The position numbers and the translations under genes were made by a program. Below the pieces are notes generated by a model. The model was not told the origin of the DNA. It saw only the letters and a program-made list of their open reading frames with translations, and ran no database searches. From positions 8,565 to 72,564 of the IMG/VR virus record IMGVR_UViG_3300030329_005658: a stretch of 64,000 bases of DNA. The stretch is one strand, 5' to 3'. Positions within the stretch are counted from its first letter, which is position 1, and each line of letters starts with the position of its first letter. Shown here piece after piece: positions 1 to 11,196 of this stretch. Source of the stretch: a virus.

Positions 1-1188
1 TCTCTTGCGTATAGAAATATGACGGTTAGGGGCTCTGGTTCTGGCGAGAGCGGAACGATTAGATCATCTGACGTCCATGAAAATCGCTTTGGGCTAAGAA
101 CACACCTCTCTCGCCACTCCGGTAAGTTTGGCAGTGATTCTGTCATCGGGTCGGTAACTGAAGCAAACTATGTCACCATCCCTTCTTACCACAAAATTCA
201 AAGAAATATAGCAAGAAAACCAGATTCAAACACTGAGAAGTCTTCTCCAATTTTTAATGAAGACCACAACAACGCATTTTTTCAAAGCCCAATACCGCAA
301 AGTGAATTCCAATATTCATGGCTCACAGCCTCCATTGGTAACAACTACAGTATACACAGTGGAAAACAAAGGGTTTATGGTTATGCTCCAAGGAACGGAG
401 AGGTTATTGATGGTCCGTCAAGCGCCGCCTTTGCTAATTTCAATGGCATTGATAGTTATATAAATATTGGAAATGCTGCTCGATGGCAAGCGTTGGTGGG
501 AACAGGAAACAGCAACAACGCGTTTACTGTGTCCGCGTGGATTAAGCTTAGGGATTATCAAAAATTTTCAAGCATTATTAGCTTTGGTGATGATATGATT
601 CTTTATGTGGATATCGTCGGCAGGCTTGTTTTTCGTGTTGGTAATGGATGGGATTCTGGTGGTTTTGTTTTTTGGGTTACTGATCCTGAGCTTATACCAA
701 AGTCTCTTTGGACTCATGTATCTATAACATATAATTATTCGTCCACTGGCAATAACCCAGTGTTGTATATCAATGGAGAGGCACAAACTGTGTATGAAAT
801 CGATGGCCCACCAGCCGGTAGTTTCACCGGGGTTAATACCGAAGATTCACATATTGGTAAATGGTCATCATCGTATTTTAATGGATTTATTAGCAATGTT
901 GCTATTTGGAGTAATGCGCTGTCAGCCGCACAAGTTTTAAGAATTTATAATGCTGGTATCTCTCCTACGGAGGTTTTAGCGAACCCGACGAATTTAGCAG
1001 CGTTTTATGAAATAACAAAAAGGACGCTTGGGCACATTCAGGGAGATACAGCCTCGCAGATTAATGATAGATCTGGGAACAGTTATAATTCTACTGCTAC
1101 TAATAATATATCATTAGTGGAGGAGAACCCGAATTCTCCTGTGGAGGCTTTGGTTTTCCCGTCAGCGTCAGAGATTTTTGGAGTATAA
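1..1188 (+). CDS. 5'-truncated virion structural protein with LamG/concanavalin-like domain
   Basis: Frame is open to the window edge; LamG motifs FTVSAWIK, WTHVSITY, LYINGE, FNGFISNVAIWSNALS. Confidence 0.75.
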   Translation, partial: SLAYRNMTVRGSGSGESGTIRSSDVHENRFGLRTHLSRHSGKFGSDSVIGSVTEANYVTIPSYHKIQRNIARKPDSNTEKSSPIFNEDHNNAFFQSPIPQSEFQYSWLTASIGNNYSIHSGKQRVYGYAPRNGEVIDGPSSAAFANFNGIDSYINIGNAARWQALVGTGNSNNAFTVSAWIKLRDYQKFSSIISFGDDMILYVDIVGRLVFRVGNGWDSGGFVFWVTDPELIPKSLWTHVSITYNYSSTGNNPVLYINGEAQTVYEIDGPPAGSFTGVNTEDSHIGKWSSSYFNGFISNVAIWSNALSAAQVLRIYNAGISPTEVLANPTNLAAFYEITKRTLGHIQGDTASQINDRSGNSYNSTATNNISLVEENPNSPVEALVFPSASEIFGV

Positions 1189-1189
1189 A

Positions 1190-4100
1190 ATGGCGAATTA
1201 TTATTTAGATTTTGTTGGATTGAACACATTTATTTACGAACCGGTTGGCTGGAAGCCAGAAGAGCAATATAGTATTGCCAACCAACAGGGCCGCGAGTCT
1301 CAATGGTTTGGTACTACTTTAAATTTTCAAGTTAAACAAAACCACATTGGTTGGGGTGATATTGCTTCTGGGTCTGCTGCTTATACAAAAAATTTCCGCT
1401 TCCCGGCACACTTGGTTGATCCGTACACCCAAGCGCATGCGGCTGATGCTGCTGGGCTTCTTCGGGCAACAGCATCTTTTTTTCCTGCTCTTATGATTCA
1501 CCGAAATGGGCCGTACGGGCACCCCACGTGGAAACAGATTAGAGTTGGTGATAACCCTCTTACACGCAGGCAAAAAAAGGAAAACGTTTTCACATATGTT
1601 GTTGAGCCCGGAGAAGAATTTGTTTCTAACCTTAATGGCATAACAGAAACCTTGACAGCCAAATATGGCCAGATAAAATCTCTTATTGAGACCCCGGTGA
1701 CATCCAAATATAAGCCTCTGACACTAACTTACTATAGCCAACCGGGAACACAGAACCAAGGAGTAGGACTTCTCAGGGCGCATGTATCTTTAGGTAACGA
1801 CACTCATCATTTTAATAATGAATCATTAGATACTTATTATAATTTATATAGTTGTGAAACTAGAGGCTGGAAGCGGCTAAAGGCAATGTATTTAGAAGGT
1901 GCCAAATCCATTGGCGCCTACTCCTCAAATGGGAGCCCCGTAAGCAGAGTGGATAAGTTAACTTATTCTGAAATAGTTTATCCACCTTCCGTTTATACAT
2001 ATAAAAAGTATACAAGACAAAGAACGACATTTGCTTTTAATTGGAGAGACAACCGAGAAAACAGGACTGAAGTTGTTTCACACAACTTTGTTGATGTTGG
2101 GTCTGCTGTTAATATAACGCAAAGCAAGTGGTCAATGGATGTTGAATCTACCTGGGGCACCCGAGTAGAAACAGGTGCTGGATTTTTCCGTCATCACGGA
2201 GTTGAGCAAGTTTTCGGTAAAGACCAGCGAGATTTTGGAATTCTTCAAAACTCTTATTCAAGATATCTTCTCGGGTTAAATTTTATTATTAGTCTTAGTG
2301 CGAGTGTACAACTTGATGATTATTTGAAGCCGGCCCCTCTTTACGCTTACCATCATACACTTACTGATTCGGCCTCTGTAGTTTCTCCCAATGGGATGAA
2401 AATACAGGGTGTTAGCTATGGTACTAGTATGGGGAATCTTGCCACCACGCAATTGCCTAGTGGCGAGGCCAAATGGGAAGCAAACACAACTAGGCAAATT
2501 ATATCCTCAAGCGCTGATGGTGAGTTTGTTTATATTGATGAAGCAAGAAACCCATTCTATGATTCTTATGATGAATACTGTGAAGAGCTTAGACTTAAAT
2601 ATAAAAATTATTCGATTGTTCCAGAATTTAGAATGAGTGGCCGAATTGGGACTGGGTTCATTTTTAATGTTCAACCAGAGCACTGGTCACACTTTGAGGT
2701 GACTGGTGGTTTAATACATAAAAAGAACAGCCGAGATGATGATTTTTATAAGATTTTCTCCAATTCTGACTTTTTAAAGCACTTCGATGCTGTTGCTTGG
2801 ACAAATAAAGATGTATTGGAACCGCACAGCATTACCCTAACTTGTAATGCGGCTATGAAATTTCTTCCGTACGAAGGGTTTTACCCGGCAGAGAGGACTG
2901 TACAATTATCTGAGCAGTTTTTTAATTCCTACAAAGGAGGATTATCTTTTGAGCAATCAGGTAGCAACCAGTACGAACCAAGAGATGTGGGGTATACGAT
3001 ACTGATGACACCCCTCTTCGCTCCAGGGGTACTGTTTAACTCAATTAAATCGGGTATTGCCTGTGACTACCCAATTATAACTGGTTCTTTTCTCTCTTTA
3101 ACAAACAAAATTACTAAAAGTAGTGGCAATTATTATTTACACGTAAACCAGCCTCACGACGGCACAGCGCTGTTTGATAAAAGGGTGCCATTTAGAGCCC
3201 TTTTGGAGCCGGAAAAATATTTAAAGAATGTTAGTCTTCCTAGCAACATACCACACGAATATGGCAATCTATCTTCATCTATTCTTTGGGCCCCGGAAGG
3301 TAGCGAAGACAGGCTATATAAAATGATGATGCATAATTTTGTTTCTGAAGTACCAGAATTCTTTTTGTCGGATGATAACTTTACAACATTTACTTCCTTG
3401 CCCTCTAACGATTCCAATTTTGGTAATCTGGTGAGTGGCAGCACTTATTTTATGAGAGTGGCCCTAAACAAGACAATGGGCGGAGCAAATATTCCTGTTG
3501 TGTCTGGGTCTTCTGAAGTAAAATACATACCTCCTCAATATGTAAATACAAATGATCGAGATACTATTTTGGACACTAGTTACGAAAATTTTACAATGTA
3601 TTCTAGGCCTACGGGTTTTGGCCCCCCTTCGATAATCCAGCATTTTTATCAAGGTGAAGGAGTTACTGGGTCTACAAATTCAGCTAATGGGGAAAACTAC
3701 CCCTTTACACCTCCGTATTATTATGGTGGGGGCTTCGCGGATATACAATTCACTCCTACTACAACCAAAAAACACACAGTTTATGAGATAATTGCCGGTG
3801 CGGAAGTAGAATATTATAGATATCACAACATCAACGGCAGAGACCAATGGCTCAAGACAGACGCGATCAATAAGAATGCCATGCATGTGGATGCTTCTCT
3901 TTCTTTATTTGGAATAGGTGAAGTAGACGATGATCGAATGATGTCAAGTAACGAGCCGAATGCTCGCTGGATAATACAGCCTTGGTTTGAGACACCGATG
4001 TTAAACTTTAATCATTTATCTGCTTCATCAGCGGTGACACTGCCAACAAATGCATCCCAGTCTGTACCGAGGGGAATGTGGCACCAATATGGAAGAATAG

Positions 4101-5383
4101 AGCAGGACCCAGCAAAGGGCATTTTTATGAGCGTCTCAGACATTCCTGCTGATTGGCACATAAATGCGATAGGCGGCAATTTTGCGCACATCCCACCAGC
4201 CGGAAATCACTCTGGTAGTCACAAGATCAGAAGCCTCGCAGAGGCCATTGGGATGCAGAACCAATCAAGGCGCCTTGGTGAATTAAAAGAAACTAAATTG
4301 GTCAAAGAGGCCATCGTCGCCGTGCCTTTCTTCGAACCACTCACTGGTGAAAGAAGTTTTTTTAGAATAGCAAGACAAGATTGGGATAACTCCGTTTTCA
4401 GGGCCGAAGAGGGCATAGGCATGTCCGCTAGGATGGCCCTGTCTGAGGAAGCAGTGAAGCTGGCTTCTCAAATGAAAGAGTTTGTGTTTCCACCACCAAT
4501 GGACTTTTACCACAATAGGCATATTCAGCCATTTGTTATGTACGTTTTCGAATTTGAGCATCTTTTTAATAAACAGGATTTGGCGGACATGTGGCAGAAT
4601 TTACCCCCTAAGCTCTCAAGGCAGTTTAAATCAGCCACTAGCACCATAACTCATGAGTTGTTTTCACATGAATTTCTGGGCAGTGGGGCCTTTTATGCTG
4701 ATGGCGGCAGCGACCAGATGATTCCAGGCATAAAGGACCCAAAAAAATTACGAGACCGCATTCAGTGGATGGTATTTAAAGTAAAACAGAGGGCAAAGTC
4801 TAATTGGTATGAGAAGGTTGCCATACAAGATCCAGAGGCCCCACCTGATTTCCAGGTATCAATTGGCAACGAAAACATTAAGAACGAAGCCCCAATTAAC
4901 TATAATTGGCCTTATGATTTCTTTTCTATGATCGAACTAGTTAACATCGAGGCAGCAATTGATATGAAGAAAATCCCCCCTGGTAGACAGGCCATCCCAG
5001 ATAGACCGCCCGAAGAAGAGCAGACTCCCTCAGAATCAGGTTATGCTGTTTTTGAAAACGAAACAGATATGATAACAGATTTTATGGAAAAACGGGATGA
5101 TTCCACCCCTCAGATGGAAATTGATCGAGGGCAGTTTGAAGCATTGCAGCCATCCTCGATTCACGGCCAGAATACTTCAGAGGTCATGGGGGCTGTTGTT
5201 AAAGTAACTCCGCAGTATGTAACGAATCAGATATCTGAAATTGAACAAAAGCTCACGGAGGGATCTTATCTGCCGGCTACAGCGAATCAAGCTCGAAATG
5301 AAATCCAGGCGATCAGTCAAATGAATACAAACTCCCCAGCAGTGCTTCAGCGCCTACAGGCATTAAAGAATATGTTGGAATAA
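1190..5383 (+). CDS. Large putative virion structural protein (~1400 aa)
   Basis: Long ORF; ATG at 1190 follows GGAG; structural gene context; no recognisable catalytic motif. Confidence 0.6.
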   Translation: MANYYLDFVGLNTFIYEPVGWKPEEQYSIANQQGRESQWFGTTLNFQVKQNHIGWGDIASGSAAYTKNFRFPAHLVDPYTQAHAADAAGLLRATASFFPALMIHRNGPYGHPTWKQIRVGDNPLTRRQKKENVFTYVVEPGEEFVSNLNGITETLTAKYGQIKSLIETPVTSKYKPLTLTYYSQPGTQNQGVGLLRAHVSLGNDTHHFNNESLDTYYNLYSCETRGWKRLKAMYLEGAKSIGAYSSNGSPVSRVDKLTYSEIVYPPSVYTYKKYTRQRTTFAFNWRDNRENRTEVVSHNFVDVGSAVNITQSKWSMDVESTWGTRVETGAGFFRHHGVEQVFGKDQRDFGILQNSYSRYLLGLNFIISLSASVQLDDYLKPAPLYAYHHTLTDSASVVSPNGMKIQGVSYGTSMGNLATTQLPSGEAKWEANTTRQIISSSADGEFVYIDEARNPFYDSYDEYCEELRLKYKNYSIVPEFRMSGRIGTGFIFNVQPEHWSHFEVTGGLIHKKNSRDDDFYKIFSNSDFLKHFDAVAWTNKDVLEPHSITLTCNAAMKFLPYEGFYPAERTVQLSEQFFNSYKGGLSFEQSGSNQYEPRDVGYTILMTPLFAPGVLFNSIKSGIACDYPIITGSFLSLTNKITKSSGNYYLHVNQPHDGTALFDKRVPFRALLEPEKYLKNVSLPSNIPHEYGNLSSSILWAPEGSEDRLYKMMMHNFVSEVPEFFLSDDNFTTFTSLPSNDSNFGNLVSGSTYFMRVALNKTMGGANIPVVSGSSEVKYIPPQYVNTNDRDTILDTSYENFTMYSRPTGFGPPSIIQHFYQGEGVTGSTNSANGENYPFTPPYYYGGGFADIQFTPTTTKKHTVYEIIAGAEVEYYRYHNINGRDQWLKTDAINKNAMHVDASLSLFGIGEVDDDRMMSSNEPNARWIIQPWFETPMLNFNHLSASSAVTLPTNASQSVPRGMWHQYGRIEQDPAKGIFMSVSDIPADWHINAIGGNFAHIPPAGNHSGSHKIRSLAEAIGMQNQSRRLGELKETKLVKEAIVAVPFFEPLTGERSFFRIARQDWDNSVFRAEEGIGMSARMALSEEAVKLASQMKEFVFPPPMDFYHNRHIQPFVMYVFEFEHLFNKQDLADMWQNLPPKLSRQFKSATSTITHELFSHEFLGSGAFYADGGSDQMIPGIKDPKKLRDRIQWMVFKVKQRAKSNWYEKVAIQDPEAPPDFQVSIGNENIKNEAPINYNWPYDFFSMIELVNIEAAIDMKKIPPGRQAIPDRPPEEEQTPSESGYAVFENETDMITDFMEKRDDSTPQMEIDRGQFEALQPSSIHGQNTSEVMGAVVKVTPQYVTNQISEIEQKLTEGSYLPATANQARNEIQAISQMNTNSPAVLQRLQALKNMLE

Positions 5384-5386
5384 AAA

Positions 5387-6277
5387 ATGACTTTTTTTAA
5401 TAGCAAAGAGGAAAGTGTAATCATAGAGCTAACAAAGCACGGCAGAGAGCTTTTGTCCAAAGGGCAAATGAAGCCGGTATATTATGCTTTTTCTGATGAC
5501 GATATTTTATATGATTCCCAAAAAGGAGGATTTTCAGAAGTTAACAGTGCTATCAAAACTAGAATTGTAGATGAGACCCCAAGGCTTAAACCAATTTCCT
5601 CTAAAAAGATAGAATCAGATCATTCAAACATTGTTGGCCATGAGGATTATGATCACGACAAAAGATCATTAATAGGGACGGTGTCTCACAATAATACACT
5701 ATTTTCTCCTTCCTGGGATGCTACACTATTAGACGGCGAAATTACATCAGTGACCAATACAATAGACTCAGTAGCTACAGTTGATTGTGTTTTCGAATAT
5801 TCAATGTCTTTTGGCCGGGTGTCAGATCGCAATGAGTCATTTTCAAATTATGGAATGAATCCTGTTAATTTTAAAGCCGACGGCTCCTTTCTAAATATAG
5901 AGGAAAACAATCTTCTGCTGCACCTTGAAGAGAAGAACACTGATATTAATAAAGACAATTTCGAGCTTGAGGTTTACATTTATGAACACGATGAGCAAAC
6001 AATGAATCAACTACACTTTATCAAAAGGCCCTCAAATGTAATTAACAATATTTATGTTGACGATGTGAAAGGCGCTATTGAGCCTACTCCGGACCATGTA
6101 GAATATTATTTTAATGTCACTTTTGATAGAGAGATACCAGATGAAGATGTCTGCGAGGGTATTAGCAATTTAAAAAGTAAAAACATTTATTTAGATTACG
6201 ATATAAAATGCCCTGATAGGGAGCCTGGTGAAATAAACATCTACGGTTCTGAAATTGAAGATTTGGAGGATTGCTAA
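5387..6277 (+). CDS. Putative baseplate/tail structural protein
   Basis: N-terminal LTKHGRELLSKG...FSDDDILYD is paralogous to the N-terminus of 11197..12144. Confidence 0.55.
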   Translation: MTFFNSKEESVIIELTKHGRELLSKGQMKPVYYAFSDDDILYDSQKGGFSEVNSAIKTRIVDETPRLKPISSKKIESDHSNIVGHEDYDHDKRSLIGTVSHNNTLFSPSWDATLLDGEITSVTNTIDSVATVDCVFEYSMSFGRVSDRNESFSNYGMNPVNFKADGSFLNIEENNLLLHLEEKNTDINKDNFELEVYIYEHDEQTMNQLHFIKRPSNVINNIYVDDVKGAIEPTPDHVEYYFNVTFDREIPDEDVCEGISNLKSKNIYLDYDIKCPDREPGEINIYGSEIEDLEDC

Positions 6278-6278
6278 T

Positions 6279-9161
6279 ATGTCAACTGAGCAGATAGGTT
6301 TTGAAATTTTACCAAACACATACATATCTAAAATCTCTTTACATGAGGGCACCAACAACTCATATTATGGACGAGCACATGTTTATGTTAGAGACCAAAC
6401 GCAAGATGATGGCCGTTTGGTGTGGTCGGGCGATAAAAATATAATGGAAAAACTTAAATTCATGTTTATGGATGTTCGCGCTTCTGCCTATATTGGCTCA
6501 ATCACCTCTGGTAGATATAAATTAAATGACTTGATGAAGCTGGAGTCGAGATCTGAAGGCAGGGTAAGAACACAATATAGAAATGTAAATAATTGTAAAA
6601 AGATTCAAAAGGGAAACGACATTTATTATAAAACTACTTTTGAGTTTAGTATAAATCAATATACTGCCGATCATGCGATTTTTTGCTGCCTTGTGATGGA
6701 TTCCTCAATGGCCTCAAGCGGAAATCCAATTATTGATAAATACACAATGAATCTAAAGGGCCCCACAACATCTGAATATATAATTCAAAATTTTAATTTA
6801 AATACAAAAAGCAATATTTTTACAAGACCAGACGGAAGCCAGTGGCATGGACCTGTTCATTATCACCAATCTGTGGGATATATGGAGGGAGCCACCCATA
6901 CCGATCAGGCCCATGGGGAGCTTCGAAGAAGAGCTATTAATAATCTTAAAATAATAAATCATATTGATTTCTTGTTTAAGCCGAAAACAACATTAAGAAA
7001 ACCAAGAAATACACCAGTTACAAAATTGTGGCACCTGTTTAGAAGCAACGGAAATTTAAATGGCCTCTTTGGTATAAATTACAAAAACATATTAATTCGA
7101 CACACGAAATATGGCCATAGTTTAGTCAATATAGATCCAGCAGATATGGTGTCTTTGATACAAAGTATCAAAGTAAACAAATTAGCTATTAAAAGAAACA
7201 AGGTTAAAGTCTCCATGGGCGCTGGTGTGGTTCCAAGGAGAAAAATTAATACAAAGATTCTAGAATCTAGTGACGTGATAAGCTCATTTAGTGATGATTT
7301 CGGCACGTTCAAAGAGGCCATGATCGTTGATGATGGTGTCGATAGAATGCTGTTTTCTGACGAGATACGAACCAAAGCAGGCCTTGAAGTGGTAGACGAG
7401 AGTAGAATATATGTTGAGGACCTTTCTTCATTAAAAATTAAATCTAATATAAAAGAGGTTTTTTTCAACATTAATGACAATATTAGATTTTATGAATTCC
7501 AAGATAACACTGTTGATAGAACCACTTACGGCGATTATACATATCATGCCTCTCTGTCTTTTAGAGATCCGACTATTGACTTTGTCAACAATCTGTTGAA
7601 AGAAGCCAAAGCAGGGCTCAGTTCTTTAAAAAATTATTTAAGTCGTCTTTTAGCGCATGACAATTATGATTATGATTTGGATTTAATAGAACAGCACTTT
7701 ATTGATAGTGAGCTTAAGAGGTATAAGGGCAGTTTAGATTCTGCGCCTTGGTCAAAGAGCGTAAAGAATTATTCAAAATATATAAACTTCCTTTTCCAAG
7801 TGACAGAGGAGCAGGTTGATTTTTTGCTAAACACTTCCATTCCCAAGGTACATCCTAAAACAGCAAGCATAGATTCGATTAAATTATTTATAAAACAATA
7901 TGAACAAGTGCTTAATAAATTATATAAACAATTTGATATTTCTGTAGCAAAAATAACCTCAGGTAGAGCAAGACAAACAGCCAGGCCCCTTAACAGCCAT
8001 CCTCATACTAATATTATTACATTATCTTTTGATTTTAAGAATGTTGTAGAGACAAAGGATAACAAGTTGTTTTATAATTTTTTACCAGCAAGCCCCGGCA
8101 GCGGAATAAGATCGGTGCTAAAACAAGACCTCTTACAAAGGCTTCAGTATGAACAAGGCAGATACAGTTCGCGTAATTTACTAACAGGGCTTACAGCGCA
8201 TTCGTTACAAAATGGAAGCGATGCCACCATGATTCGATTTCCAGACTGGGACAACGCATACATTAGGAAATTAAATAAAATATTTAGAAATTTAACATTA
8301 ATAACGTGGAATGATATTGTTATAACAGAGGAAGATGCTGAGGTTGACATTATTTCTGAAATTCCAGAGTCCGTATACGAACCAGCAGCAACATATTTGG
8401 ATGAGTCTTCAAAATTTATCACAAGTGAAGATTCAGATGATCGTTGTAACTATAACACTTGGCACACTTACAGGGAAGAGCGAATTTACCCTCAACAAGA
8501 TAGTATTGTAGCTTATGATGATCTTAGTGAAGTAGAGAAGTCACAACTTGTTGGAAGCGCAGATTTAATTATACGTGCTTATGTCAGCTACTGGACTTCT
8601 CATCAAATAGAAGTGCTTGACGGGTTCATGAGTAGCGAAAGAGACAGTCCGATTACTCATTTGGAAAACTGGAGATCCCTAAGTCTTGATGATTTAGCAA
8701 CGCAAGAGGGGGCCCTGTTGTGTAGGATAAGGTATGTTGGCCCAGGGTGGCAATCAAGTCCTGAAGAAAGGCCGCTGCTCCATGCTACAATGCTACCAGA
8801 CACAGTTAACAAGTATTTTTTTGTAATTTCTAACTTAAATGACTTAAATACAGAACCGAAAGGCCCAGGTAAAAGAAGCGACAAATATAATATTTCAATA
8901 CTTCAATCATTCGATTATAACTTGGACATTTCAACTAGTAATATTATAAAACAAAACATTACAACAGATAAAAAGAACATGGAGCCAACTTTACTCGAAA
9001 ATCTAAATGAAATGGTTGATGCGTCTGATATGGTGGCGACAGGAGTTAATATTATAGGGTCTTTTGCCGAGCCGACTCCATCGCAAGCCCCAGCAGCGAC
9101 TCCAACGAGTATTAGCCCCACTTCAATGGCAACACCTGTCGCTTCAGGAGGGGGATATTAA
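6279..9161 (+). CDS. Large hypothetical, probably virion, protein with His-rich module
   Basis: ATG at 6279 after GGAGG; contains WHGPVHYH..YMEGATHTDQAH. Confidence 0.55.
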   Translation: MSTEQIGFEILPNTYISKISLHEGTNNSYYGRAHVYVRDQTQDDGRLVWSGDKNIMEKLKFMFMDVRASAYIGSITSGRYKLNDLMKLESRSEGRVRTQYRNVNNCKKIQKGNDIYYKTTFEFSINQYTADHAIFCCLVMDSSMASSGNPIIDKYTMNLKGPTTSEYIIQNFNLNTKSNIFTRPDGSQWHGPVHYHQSVGYMEGATHTDQAHGELRRRAINNLKIINHIDFLFKPKTTLRKPRNTPVTKLWHLFRSNGNLNGLFGINYKNILIRHTKYGHSLVNIDPADMVSLIQSIKVNKLAIKRNKVKVSMGAGVVPRRKINTKILESSDVISSFSDDFGTFKEAMIVDDGVDRMLFSDEIRTKAGLEVVDESRIYVEDLSSLKIKSNIKEVFFNINDNIRFYEFQDNTVDRTTYGDYTYHASLSFRDPTIDFVNNLLKEAKAGLSSLKNYLSRLLAHDNYDYDLDLIEQHFIDSELKRYKGSLDSAPWSKSVKNYSKYINFLFQVTEEQVDFLLNTSIPKVHPKTASIDSIKLFIKQYEQVLNKLYKQFDISVAKITSGRARQTARPLNSHPHTNIITLSFDFKNVVETKDNKLFYNFLPASPGSGIRSVLKQDLLQRLQYEQGRYSSRNLLTGLTAHSLQNGSDATMIRFPDWDNAYIRKLNKIFRNLTLITWNDIVITEEDAEVDIISEIPESVYEPAATYLDESSKFITSEDSDDRCNYNTWHTYREERIYPQQDSIVAYDDLSEVEKSQLVGSADLIIRAYVSYWTSHQIEVLDGFMSSERDSPITHLENWRSLSLDDLATQEGALLCRIRYVGPGWQSSPEERPLLHATMLPDTVNKYFFVISNLNDLNTEPKGPGKRSDKYNISILQSFDYNLDISTSNIIKQNITTDKKNMEPTLLENLNEMVDASDMVATGVNIIGSFAEPTPSQAPAATPTSISPTSMATPVASGGGY

Positions 9162-11152
9162 TGAGTATAAAAAGACGGTTTCTTTCTAACAATGATCCAT
9201 TGCTGACAGATGCTATAATAGAAAAAACAATAATTAAGAATTATAGTATTATAAATGAGGGCCCTGTTCAAAAGATAATAGTACATTCTGAAGTTGGTGC
9301 TTTCAATAATATTGAACAGTGGGAGAATCAACTTAATTTATCTTTTTCTTTAGATACCGCAATTAGAAATTATGATTTTTCTTTTGCGTTCGCGGAAAAT
9401 GCTAAAGACAAAAACTCAACAGAACAAAATTTCTCAAGCCCATTTTATTCTATTGATGGTCAATTTAATTATTATTCTGATTATCTAGATAAGAGCGATA
9501 TCACTAACGAGAAAGACTTATTATCATTTTACTTATTTTACGAAAACGAAGAAAACAAAAAGTATAGAGACATATCCTCGTTGCCTATGGTCAAGCAGTT
9601 GAGCAAGCCTTTATTCTCTAATTTTGTTTACAATTACTCTTCACAATACATAATGAAATCAGATACTTCTTTGGGGGTTATATCTAATACGCTTTTTGGT
9701 ACGGATTACAATTTAACGAAAAACTTTAATAAAAAGGGCGATTTTCCAATTTATAATGAGGTTAAGTTTTCTTACCAAGATCATACAAATATACTTAAAT
9801 CAAATTTAAATAAAGCAAACTTACTTGAACATTTTATTTGTAATATGTTATATACCCCGATGGCAGTGGATACAATGTCAATCGGCCTCCAGCAGCCAGC
9901 TAGTATAAGATATACTGATTTGTTTAGTATTGTTGATAACTTTACAAACCACTCAGAAAATAAAATTATTTTATCAAAAAAAGATATGACAACTTTAACC
10001 TCTATGTCTTTTTTGAGGAGGTCGATCCTTACATCTGCTATTGTTGATATAACTTCAAAACATAGAACATTTCACCAATTAATTCTTCAAGAGGGTTGTG
10101 AAACCGAAATGTTATTTTTTAGAGTTGACAAATACGCTGGTAATGTTGGTGGGGTTCCGATACAAACATATCATGTCCCGGCTAACAGTGATGTTATAAG
10201 CATATTAGACACCCAAGTATTCCATGATACAACTTACTTTTATGTTGTAACGGCATATGTTATAGTTTACGGAACAGAGTATTCTTATTCAATTGATAAG
10301 AGTTACGAAGACCGTGGAAAGTTTAAGTCGGAAATTGTAGTCAATACAAAACCTAGTGCTAGAATATACGAGGTGGAAGTGTTTAGAGATAGCTCCACAA
10401 TAATAGAAACACCGCTCAATAAGCCAGGGGCCGTTTTTATAAATTCATCTGACAGTTCAAACAAAATAATATTTAAAATAGAGCAGCCTTTAATGGGCCT
10501 TGAGAGTGAATTTAATGAAATTTCATTCTCTGATGCCACACAGCGCGAATTGATGAAACAAAGTGTTACAGATTCTAGGAAATATAAATTCAAACACAGC
10601 AAGATCCAAACCAAATATCAAGTATACAGAATGAACACAAAACCAAAAAGCTATTTGGATTTTGATGCCAATCTTATTGATGAGATAGATTCTGAATATA
10701 ATTCTAGTATTTTGATATCAGAAGATTATATATTGCCGAATAAAAAATATTATTATACATTTAGGGCTATAAATATTACTGGGAAACTTTCAAACCCTTC
10801 AGCAGTTTACGAAGTTGAATTAGTTAAGAATGGTGATCAATCGAGAGTGGTGACCAAGGTAATTGATTTCGAGAGCCACAAGCCAGAAGTCAAATCTATG
10901 CCATTCAAGCAATTGATGCAGGTGCTCCCAGCAGATGAGCAACGTTTCTTTGACCCAGAAGACGAAATAATAGTTAATGCCAATAGTTATAGTGATTTGT
11001 TTCATTATATAAATTTGGGAGCAGGTTTGGATAGACAATTGTGGAATAGGAAATTTAAATTTCGAATCAAATCAAAATCAACAGGAAAAGTTTTGGACTT
11101 TAATATTAAATTTAAAATTAAGAAGATTAAGGACGTTGAAGATTTAAAATAA
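9161..11152 (+). CDS. Hypothetical structural protein with two FN3-like segments
   Basis: DTQVFHDTTYFYVVTAY and DYILPNKKYYYTFRAIN..SNPS resemble FN3 C-terminal strands; start overlaps the upstream stop. Confidence 0.55.
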   Translation: MSIKRRFLSNNDPLLTDAIIEKTIIKNYSIINEGPVQKIIVHSEVGAFNNIEQWENQLNLSFSLDTAIRNYDFSFAFAENAKDKNSTEQNFSSPFYSIDGQFNYYSDYLDKSDITNEKDLLSFYLFYENEENKKYRDISSLPMVKQLSKPLFSNFVYNYSSQYIMKSDTSLGVISNTLFGTDYNLTKNFNKKGDFPIYNEVKFSYQDHTNILKSNLNKANLLEHFICNMLYTPMAVDTMSIGLQQPASIRYTDLFSIVDNFTNHSENKIILSKKDMTTLTSMSFLRRSILTSAIVDITSKHRTFHQLILQEGCETEMLFFRVDKYAGNVGGVPIQTYHVPANSDVISILDTQVFHDTTYFYVVTAYVIVYGTEYSYSIDKSYEDRGKFKSEIVVNTKPSARIYEVEVFRDSSTIIETPLNKPGAVFINSSDSSNKIIFKIEQPLMGLESEFNEISFSDATQRELMKQSVTDSRKYKFKHSKIQTKYQVYRMNTKPKSYLDFDANLIDEIDSEYNSSILISEDYILPNKKYYYTFRAINITGKLSNPSAVYEVELVKNGDQSRVVTKVIDFESHKPEVKSMPFKQLMQVLPADEQRFFDPEDEIIVNANSYSDLFHYINLGAGLDRQLWNRKFKFRIKSKSTGKVLDFNIKFKIKKIKDVEDLK

Positions 11153-11156
11153 AGTT

Positions 11157-11163
11157 CTATTTA
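11157..11163 (+). promoter_or_regulatory. Putative phage late promoter motif CTATTTA
   Basis: The same heptamer recurs in intergenic gaps upstream of about 11 mostly structural genes. Confidence 0.6.
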
Positions 11164-11196
11164 TAGAGTGAATAAAATATTAATAGGAGCATTTAG

